DNA from: a virus
Lineage: Duplodnaviria; Caudoviricetes
Length of the DNA stretch: 64,000 nucleotides
IMG/VR virus record: IMGVR_UViG_3300023047_000002
Strand: one strand, 5' to 3'
Part shown: positions 56,706 through 64,000 of the stretch, one piece after another
How positions within the stretch are numbered: the stretch's first letter is position 1
How the letters are laid out: every line of letters begins with the position of its first letter
Translations under genes and position numbers: made by a program
The notes under the pieces: generated by a model
Told to the model about the DNA's origin: nothing
The model's database searches: none
The model's input: only the letters and a program-made list of their open reading frames with translations

Positions 56706-56954
56706 AAGCGAGCCGAAAGCCAACGGTCTTTAGACCGTGGGTAAGGCGAACAATATTACCCATAACAAATTATCCTTGAAACAAAAACAGAATTATGTTA
56801 TCTACTTCTAAATTCCTACGGAACATAGGAATACAATGCAAGCGGAGAATAAGTCCTCTGGCAAGCACTCAAAGTCTAAAAAGAGTTTGAAGAAAACTAA
56901 GTCTTGTTCGTTGAAACTTGAAGCCCATTCGCCTTTAGGCGGTGGGTAGTTCAC
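56706..56954 (+). mobile_element. Non-autonomous IS200/IS605 element (249 bp): left end, promoter, omegaRNA, right end
   Basis: CCAT at 56702-56705; left-end hairpin; TTGAAA-17-TATCTA; right end GAAG-hairpin-TAGT-TCAC. Confidence 0.8.
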
Positions 56955-56974
56955 TCGTAAACAGACAGAAAAAG
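56811..56974 (+). ncRNA. Putative TnpB-type omegaRNA (reRNA) scaffold plus flank-derived guide
   Basis: 5' hairpin ATTCCTA-CGGAACA-TAGGAAT and GCAAGCGGAGA resemble tnpB 3' tails; scaffold ends at right-end TCAC; guide would be TCGTAAACAGACAGAAAAAG. Confidence 0.55.
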
Positions 56975-57046
56975 TTCAGATTTTAATCAACATGGCGTCA
57001 CATAGAACGTAGTATTTAAAACCAAACAATTTTGATGCGTAGAGTG

Positions 57047-57133
57047 CTCAAATTTGCCCTGTACTAAAAAGTTACGACATTACCCTGGTAAGTACTAGGG
57101 TAAAATAAAAAATCGCGTAGAACGCAATTTAGA
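57047..57133. repeat. Inverted, diverged copy 3 of the 107-bp element
   Basis: Reverse complement reads GCGTTCTACGCGATTTTTTAT..GTACTTACCAGGGTAATGTCGTAACTTTTTAGTACAGGGCAAATTTGAG. Confidence 0.85.
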
Positions 57134-57160
57134 AGCATTCTACGCTATTTTTATTTTCAC

Positions 57161-57260
57161 CGGGCTAAATCAGGGTGTGCTATGTCTATCTGATTTAGCC
57201 CGTGGGCTTGCGGACTCTTTGGTCAACTACCCACCCGCTAAATCCTATGGGAGGAATGCG
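57161..57260. repeat. Rearranged IS605-like palindrome cluster
   Basis: CGGGCTAAATCAG/CTGATTTAGCCCG stem; GTCAACTACCCACCCGCTAAA..GGGAGGAATGCG. Confidence 0.65.
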
Positions 57261-57331
57261 ATCCACCAGATGAAAACGAGAGCGTTTTCATGCACTCTCG
57301 TTTTCTAGTTTACCAACAATTAAGTGGAATT

Positions 57332-60300
57332 CTACACCTCGACAATCCTGACGATCTCTTCAGAGCCGTGTTCGTCATCCACGGGAACAGCTACTCCACA
57401 ATCGAAGAACTCTGCGTCTTCCTCTGTTGTAGTGAACTTCCAAAGAACGGTAAGAATGTCACCCACAGATTCTCCCTCATCCTCCTGAGAATCAACGACG
57501 ACTGCGTCCTGTCCTGTCAAAGGAACAACTATTCTGTTCATAATCCAATATTCCTCAAGTTCTTTAACGTTTATGCAAGCATAATATTCAACAGGTGAAG
57601 ACTCAGAGGCTATTCTGTACATGACCACACTGTCGTTTTCATCAACATACGCTGCATCGACATGAGCGACATTCTGACGGGAATCAAGATATTCAAGAAG
57701 TGCAGCTTCCTCATCGCTACTTAAAGAATCTCCACTCCCATCAGCCTTTGACAGTGGGATAGACATACGCTGTGTACCGAGATAGACATTAAAGTCCGCA
57801 ACGTCTAAGAACGTATTGCTAGAACCCTGTTTGTTTCTGGTAACATCGGCAGAAGGTATGAACACACGAAGTGCTTCCGTACTCTCATTGACATCAGGTG
57901 TCGTCGGATCATCGACGGAAATATGAGAATCAGCATTGTTCATTTCACTACGTGCCATTTCAACGCAGATATAACGGAATCCGTCTTCGTCGCTCACAAC
58001 ACTAAAATCCTCAAATGTCGTATCCTCTTCAAACACATGCAATACAGGTGCATCAGACATATCCCACAGGTAAGCCTTTGCATTTGCGTGAACAGTAACG
58101 GTTTCGTCATTGATGGAGACTGCCTCGGACGGAACCTGTACGATGATACAATTGTCGTCCTTAATCCATGCAGCATGTGTCTGAGTTGCAGATAGAACTA
58201 CCGTAACCTCATAGTATGTATGAATGTCAGAAGGATCTGAGTCATCTACGAGCTTACGTGAAGGAACCATGTACAGGCTATGTGCGATAACAGGGTTTCC
58301 GATATCGTAAAGCAACGGAGAAACAAACGGAGTGTTTGCTTTATGGAACAGCTGTACGTTATGTACTATAGGCTCAGCGATTCGTACAAAACCTTTACGA
58401 AGGTAAAGACCAGAGTAAATACCAGAGTTCTGAGCTATACGGTAGAACACGATTTCTCCGTCCTGCTTGACTGCTTTATCCACATGGAACTCTGTGAACG
58501 CACTGTCAAGGTCTGAAACGGATATGTTGAGCGTTTCATACGATGCAGATGTAGAATAATCACTGTACAGCTGAACCTGCTGATAGCGTGGGAAGACCTG
58601 TAAATCACAGTCTTCAAAAGTTACAGAATGAACAGGTTCAAGGCATTCTTCCAACGCCCATATGATAACGTTCCCAAGTACGTCACCTTGTGACGAGATT
58701 CCAACCTCAAATCCGTAATAACGAGACCCTGAATGAGAAACCATATATTTTGGCGTAAGCCGTGTGTTCGGAATAACGAAGGAATAAGCAAGAACATTAA
58801 CGCCGCCTGTTCCATCGAGAACCATAGGCTGCTTCAAAGAAACACGTGTACTTCTGTACGCATCAGTCACAACACCAGGTGCGATATAGACACAGTTCGG
58901 ATTGTCCAAATTCTTTAACATAACCGTGTCAGGACTTACGGACGAAAGTTCACTCTCCTCAAGGGTCTCACCATTAAACATGTACGTCATCGGAGCAAGA
59001 GCGGCTGCTTTATCCTTAAGGTAAAACTGAGGGAGTGAACTACCTTGGTAAATCTCATTGATGACAGAGAACTGACTTGCGATACGTGAAACATTGACAG
59101 AATGAATAACACCTGTGTCTTCATTAACAGAAAGATGAATGACACCACCTGCACATACACAGGATTTTGTAAACGTCACGAGATCTCCTGGGTGGAACAC
59201 AGGAGTGTAGTAATCGAATGCATCGCTTTCAGCAATGTCTCCGTCAGTCGAGTCGATTCCTGCTACAGTTGATGTATCATCAGGGTTGCCGATGAACACA
59301 GCCCTCAAGTTCTCATTAGCTACCTCAACCACATAAATGTTGTCGGTGGATGGTTGAAGATTCACATCTTCAACGATACTGATGTAAACTTCATTACCTT
59401 CAATTTCTGCAAGCAAAATAGTGTCCTCTCCTTGGAGGTTGTTACTGCTGCTACCAAGAAGTTTGAGGAAGAATCCGTGAGGATCTCGTTCTTCTTGCTG
59501 TGCGCTGGACAGACCTTCAAGAGACGAAGACTGCCATATCTTTATCGGAGAGGGCGTGCCACTTGTAAGAGATGGATTTTCATGCTCACTTACAACTGTA
59601 GGATCTTTCGTGACCCACACATCCTTGGGCTCGCTGAAACGAATGAATGAGAGTTCCTCTGTAGCTTCAAGGATTTCTTCCGGATAAGCGTAACCATCAT
59701 CAGAGATGTAATAAACAGACTCACTTGCGAAACTTGGAGAATGGATTGAAATTCTAAGTTTCTTGACGAAATTAGGAACTGTGCCTACAGTCACTTCTTT
59801 AGTTCCGTATGTATCAATGGGCAATACTCCATCACTTCCGCAAGCAGTAACGGTCTTGACAAAGTAACTGCACACTGTATGTGTGTCAGAACCGCCTTGA
59901 CCTTCGATCACCTTTAATGCATTACTTCCAAGCTCTTCCTCTACAAAACGATACTCGTCATTTCCAGTTTCATCAGCAAATCGATACATTCGAACCATGA
60001 CGCCGTGATCAGGCCCATAATTACCTTCGTAAGAAATTACATTCATGTAATCATTTGTACGTCTCACAAGATAACGACCGCCATCAGGAGAGACATGCTC
60101 AAATAACGTTTCCGAAGGCTGATAAACATTGGTATGAATATTTTGAACACCTTGAATAACACGGTTCCATACGTTCAGAGCTGTAAAAACACTGTTGACG
60201 GGAACATTGATCTCGCTTTCATTCCAATGAAGATGTGCAGGTACAGTACCTTCCATGACAATGTACGCGTAATTACCTCCACCTGCATTAAAATAAATCT

Positions 60301-62704
60301 CATTCTGAACAGGAATCCTGGCTGATTTACGTTCATCATTAGAACCCCAATTAGAACCCCAGAAGCACAGAGCTCCATCGTCATCTATTATCCATCGCTT
60401 TGACTCAACAGTCTCACAATAAAGCGTACCCTCTTCACCGGAAAGAAGACCTTCCTGAGTTATCTGCACTGTAACGGAGTCTGTCGAAGTCCATGTGGTT
60501 GATACGTCACCGTCAAGATATGGAACACACTGTTTGTACGTAATAGAACTACCGAGTATCTTACAGTCTATACCGACCTGACGTGTCACTTTCTCATACA
60601 GAGTTTCATTCGTAAACTTACCTGAATCGATACCGATACCCCAACGGCTTTCAAACAAGACGCCAAAAGAATTAGTAAGGTCAACAGTGGATCCGGCAGG
60701 AATTACTTCTGCTTCGGAAGCACCTGGGAACGGAGTGCGTTTTAACGAAATGTCATTAGGCGTAAAGTTCTTGACTTTATCACCTTCTGCCAATGCATAC
60801 ATTATAGGTATAATGACATCAACATACCGTGCAATGTACGTAACGCCTTCTTCCTCGTCGCCTTCGAGCAGCTTGACATAACGATAAGATCCATGGACAC
60901 ACTGACCAAGAATCTTAAACACGTGATCCCCTGTAATGGCATGATCATTATCAAGGATAGCATCATCTGTGCTTGAAACATAATCATCTACAACAAAAGC
61001 AACCACAGGAATAAGGCTTTCACCTCGTAAGGAACACAGATATGAACCATTAAACTGAAGCATGTTATCGCTGTCAGCGACGAAAGTTCCAAAGTCAGGT
61101 ATGAATTCCAAGCGTATACTGACGCCTAACATACCGATTGGGCATTTGCATAAGGTACCGTTGTGCGTAAACTGAAAAGTGTCTACATTCTTTCTCACAA
61201 GCTGAACATTGTCACCGTAGTGAAGAACGTATGGCTCCTCGTCTTCCACGGTTAAAGCAGACACCTGAAGCATAGCGTATGCATTTCCTGTAAGCTCTTC
61301 CTCAACCAGTCCGAGATCCTGCTTAACCGTGATGTAAACGCATTCTTTAACACGCACATTATGACCATCAACAACAGTAGGCTCGATTTCGGAGAAGATG
61401 TAGTTTCCATCAGATGCACGGCCATTTACCCAACCACGACGCGTAGATACACCAGCAGATTCCTCCAAAGAAATCGGTGTATCTGACGTAATATGGAACC
61501 ATGCCCTTCCGCTCTTGTCATACACTACCATATCTGCAGGATACACGGAACCGACAGAAAGTTTACCGAAAGTACGTCCCTCGTTATTTTCAAGGCTGAA
61601 CGATGGACGTAGCATAACAGCTTGAGTAACGGTAACCGTCGTATTCTGTAATGCAATACATGGATTATCATTTACAAAAATAAACGCATCATAGTTCGTG
61701 ATCGTTTCTTTCACGTCAGGAGTAAAAATGTTGATCTCTGGAACGATGCCGTTTACGTCCATAGACTCAACTTTCCAACGAGATCCGATGCTTGAGAGTG
61801 CACCCTCAATTTCTACACGCTGCGTAAGCTCAATATACTGTAAAGGCTTTGAAGGGTACACATTGTAATCAACATGACACCCGTCAATGGTCACAATTAC
61901 CGTACCGCCGTCATTAGACAATGAAAGTTCGAGATAGTTCTTCCACTGACGTGAGACTTCATGCGTCGTATGAGCCTCAAGTATCGTAACATTCTCATTG
62001 CCATTGACGAGACAATGCTTTTGAGTGTCCCCAACGGTAAGCTGTGCATTGACAGGAACCGCGTTAGCATAGAATTCATCAGGGACTTCACTTACGTAAC
62101 CCACGATAACGTCATTGCTGACGAGGACGTATTTCTGAGCGTCCGGAGAATCCTCAAGCGTAATAATACTATGCCCGTTATAAGATCCAACTACCCATGC
62201 AACGATATTACCTCCGGTAGTTGTAGAAACATCACCTGCCTTGTAAACATTAATATCTCCGTCTGTCTTAAACAGTTCCTGGATATGTTGTGCTGATGGA
62301 CGGAGCTGAACTTTCTCTGAGTGATCATTGATAGTGAACTCTGGCTCACATTCTTCTATCTTCAAAAGCAAGCTGATATCGCCATAACGCTTGTACTGTG
62401 AAACTCCGCTTCGGAGGAAACGTATCTTCTCATCGCCTGTATTAATATTTTTGCATTTGGTGAGTGATGTGTCAACTGTAGCACGTGGAACTACTGAGCT
62501 ATCTGTGATCTCACGTGCATGTTCCTTCATGCTGTCTAAATAAGTTGCACTGAGGAATACATAACGCTTCTGCCAAATCTGCTCAACGATATCCTTATCA
62601 GGATTAAAAGAGTCCATGATTGAACCAAGAGTTCCTGATGTAACGCTGTACAGTGTCTGGTTGCCAGTGGCAGGATTCTGACCAATAAAGAAAATCGTAC
62701 TCAT
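57332..62704 (-). CDS. 1790-aa acidic, beta-rich protein with degenerate SH3b-like repeats (candidate virion appendage)
   Basis: Segments such as GKLSVGSVY..GRAWFHI..RRGWV and LKRTPFPGASEAEVIPAGSTV; AGGAG RBS. Confidence 0.6.
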   Translation of the reverse strand: MSTIFFIGQNPATGNQTLYSVTSGTLGSIMDSFNPDKDIVEQIWQKRYVFLSATYLDSMKEHAREITDSSVVPRATVDTSLTKCKNINTGDEKIRFLRSGVSQYKRYGDISLLLKIEECEPEFTINDHSEKVQLRPSAQHIQELFKTDGDINVYKAGDVSTTTGGNIVAWVVGSYNGHSIITLEDSPDAQKYVLVSNDVIVGYVSEVPDEFYANAVPVNAQLTVGDTQKHCLVNGNENVTILEAHTTHEVSRQWKNYLELSLSNDGGTVIVTIDGCHVDYNVYPSKPLQYIELTQRVEIEGALSSIGSRWKVESMDVNGIVPEINIFTPDVKETITNYDAFIFVNDNPCIALQNTTVTVTQAVMLRPSFSLENNEGRTFGKLSVGSVYPADMVVYDKSGRAWFHITSDTPISLEESAGVSTRRGWVNGRASDGNYIFSEIEPTVVDGHNVRVKECVYITVKQDLGLVEEELTGNAYAMLQVSALTVEDEEPYVLHYGDNVQLVRKNVDTFQFTHNGTLCKCPIGMLGVSIRLEFIPDFGTFVADSDNMLQFNGSYLCSLRGESLIPVVAFVVDDYVSSTDDAILDNDHAITGDHVFKILGQCVHGSYRYVKLLEGDEEEGVTYIARYVDVIIPIMYALAEGDKVKNFTPNDISLKRTPFPGASEAEVIPAGSTVDLTNSFGVLFESRWGIGIDSGKFTNETLYEKVTRQVGIDCKILGSSITYKQCVPYLDGDVSTTWTSTDSVTVQITQEGLLSGEEGTLYCETVESKRWIIDDDGALCFWGSNWGSNDERKSARIPVQNEIYFNAGGGNYAYIVMEGTVPAHLHWNESEINVPVNSVFTALNVWNRVIQGVQNIHTNVYQPSETLFEHVSPDGGRYLVRRTNDYMNVISYEGNYGPDHGVMVRMYRFADETGNDEYRFVEEELGSNALKVIEGQGGSDTHTVCSYFVKTVTACGSDGVLPIDTYGTKEVTVGTVPNFVKKLRISIHSPSFASESVYYISDDGYAYPEEILEATEELSFIRFSEPKDVWVTKDPTVVSEHENPSLTSGTPSPIKIWQSSSLEGLSSAQQEERDPHGFFLKLLGSSSNNLQGEDTILLAEIEGNEVYISIVEDVNLQPSTDNIYVVEVANENLRAVFIGNPDDTSTVAGIDSTDGDIAESDAFDYYTPVFHPGDLVTFTKSCVCAGGVIHLSVNEDTGVIHSVNVSRIASQFSVINEIYQGSSLPQFYLKDKAAALAPMTYMFNGETLEESELSSVSPDTVMLKNLDNPNCVYIAPGVVTDAYRSTRVSLKQPMVLDGTGGVNVLAYSFVIPNTRLTPKYMVSHSGSRYYGFEVGISSQGDVLGNVIIWALEECLEPVHSVTFEDCDLQVFPRYQQVQLYSDYSTSASYETLNISVSDLDSAFTEFHVDKAVKQDGEIVFYRIAQNSGIYSGLYLRKGFVRIAEPIVHNVQLFHKANTPFVSPLLYDIGNPVIAHSLYMVPSRKLVDDSDPSDIHTYYEVTVVLSATQTHAAWIKDDNCIIVQVPSEAVSINDETVTVHANAKAYLWDMSDAPVLHVFEEDTTFEDFSVVSDEDGFRYICVEMARSEMNNADSHISVDDPTTPDVNESTEALRVFIPSADVTRNKQGSSNTFLDVADFNVYLGTQRMSIPLSKADGSGDSLSSDEEAALLEYLDSRQNVAHVDAAYVDENDSVVMYRIASESSPVEYYACINVKELEEYWIMNRIVVPLTGQDAVVVDSQEDEGESVGDILTVLWKFTTTEEDAEFFDCGVAVPVDDEHGSEEIVRIVEV

Positions 62705-62740
62705 ATCTTTAAACTCCTTTTCAAAACAAGGATTAACGGA

Positions 62741-64000
62741 TTAGTCACCTTCGCCACTGACAGGGGCGGAGTTTGATTCATATTTTGTCTGACCAATAAG
62801 AGTGATCTGAACACAACGGTCAAGAACATCTATGGACAAATCAGAAGCACTCATTGTTTGGATTGCTTGAGGCAGCTTTATATTGCCATCAATGAGATTC
62901 ATGCTGAAACCTTCCTGTGCATCAATAATGTCCTGACTAAGGATATTACGTACTTCATCTGAGATCTTTATCGCAACAGCCGTACTCGGAAGATAACACT
63001 TGATCTCGTCAGCCGTGTCTGATGCCTTATACTGTGCAGACAAAACGGACTTGCCCTTTACAATTTTACAAACAAAAGTTCCAATGGTTACTGTCACAGG
63101 GAAGACAAGAGAACTGTCAGGCATGACACCGTTATAATAAGTAACTGGATTTTCAGCTGATGCAATAATAGTGTAAACCTCATCTTCTTCAGGTGGGTCA
63201 ACAAGCGACAACGTAATATCTGACAGTCTGATATAATACTCCGGAACAGTGTCTATACGAGCAAATCCATTTGCACTTGTTCCACTGACAGGAAGATAAG
63301 GAACTCTGGACAAATCAATAGTTCCAATTGGAGCTTCTGTGCTTGAAGGATGTTCGTACTTGTTCACAACATCTGTTCCTGTAGCATAGAGCTTAATACT
63401 TGTAAGTGTAGAATCTTCATACGGATCAAGAACGGAAGGCGTGATGGTCATCAATGCCTTTGAACACCAAAAGATGCTTCCGTCATACGAAGCCATAGAA
63501 GGAAATGCGTCTCTTACGGAATCTTTAAGCGTAAATCCAATTCCCAACTTATCACGCGTCTCGTAATACTTGTCGATATACTCCGGATGCTCCATCAAAA
63601 TACGCGATGTTTTGTCGAAAGAATCAGAGCTTGGGTGACGATAAACAAGCTCATCGATCACAGAGAAAGGCTTAACGCGAATGTACGATGAATGATCTGA
63701 ATCATCAATGAGAGACACAACGTTCTTCTGAACGACACAGTATGGATTCAAAGAGTCATAAAGCTCAGCAGAGAGAGTAGGATCTGGATAGAAATAAAAT
63801 GCAGTCATCCCGTCATCGAAAGCATCTTTCAACAGACCTGGGAACCCGTAATCAACATTTGGAGACCCTACAAACTGAAATGCAAGAGCATTACCAAACA
63901 AAGCATAATGAATGTCATTCCAGTTTTCAGGCTCAAATGAAGCATGGACAGGAACATTGTTGAACCGAACGTCATGTGTTTTGGAATTGAATGTTTCCAT
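62741..64000 (-). CDS. Large acidic protein, probably 5' truncated by window edge, with SH3b-like segments
   Basis: Frame is open to the window edge; VNKYEHPSSTEAPIGTI..NGFARI..YYIR. Confidence 0.6.
   Translation of the reverse strand: METFNSKTHDVRFNNVPVHASFEPENWNDIHYALFGNALAFQFVGSPNVDYGFPGLLKDAFDDGMTAFYFYPDPTLSAELYDSLNPYCVVQKNVVSLIDDSDHSSYIRVKPFSVIDELVYRHPSSDSFDKTSRILMEHPEYIDKYYETRDKLGIGFTLKDSVRDAFPSMASYDGSIFWCSKALMTITPSVLDPYEDSTLTSIKLYATGTDVVNKYEHPSSTEAPIGTIDLSRVPYLPVSGTSANGFARIDTVPEYYIRLSDITLSLVDPPEEDEVYTIIASAENPVTYYNGVMPDSSLVFPVTVTIGTFVCKIVKGKSVLSAQYKASDTADEIKCYLPSTAVAIKISDEVRNILSQDIIDAQEGFSMNLIDGNIKLPQAIQTMSASDLSIDVLDRCVQITLIGQTKYESNSAPVSGEGD

Noticed and set aside
56955-56974. Self-targeting of omegaRNA guides elsewhere in the window
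   Set aside because: No second match to the flank-derived guides was seen by eye; a computed search is needed to exclude it
1-64000. Stop-codon reassignment as in some jumbo phages
   Set aside because: Core genes are full length in the standard code, and TAG, TGA and TAA all terminate clear genes (the capsid gene ends in TAG)
1-64000. tnpA/tnpB/iscB, reverse transcriptase (DGR or retron), tRNA genes
   Set aside because: No HUH-Y1, RuvC/zinc-finger TnpB, YxDD RT motifs or cloverleaf sequences were recognised by eye

Overview
This window is 64 kb of a large (jumbo-type) contractile-tailed phage genome with T4-like head genes, read in the standard genetic code. The minus strand carries the virion genes: prohead protease-scaffold fusion, gp23-like major capsid protein, gp13-like neck, gp15-like tail completion protein, tail sheath, tail tube, tape measure with an NlpC/P60 domain, and fibre-like proteins. 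Accessory genes are interspersed: SNF2 helicase, DUF262 protein, RelA/SpoT small alarmone synthetase, fused restriction-modification enzyme, Hef-like homing endonuclease, HEXXH peptidases and a glycosyltransferase. Four layers are not explained by gene annotation. (1) About 15 otherwise unrelated proteins carry Arg/Lys-rich tags ending in a Glu that resemble the sites in the capsid propeptide and scaffold; the tags are N-terminal, C-terminal and internal, suggesting capsid-packaged cargo and polyproteins cut by the prohead protease. (2) About 15 IS200/IS605-type end palindromes abut or supply the stop codons of accessory genes, and two are complete protein-less elements with a promoter and a TnpB-type omegaRNA; no tnpA or tnpB is in the window. 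(3) A seven-copy promoter has the form TGGTGCTG-N25-27-TA with a TG just upstream of the TA. (4) There is a three-copy ~107-bp structured intergenic element and a structured ~420-nt non-coding tract. All family assignments are from motif recognition by eye; no searches were run.
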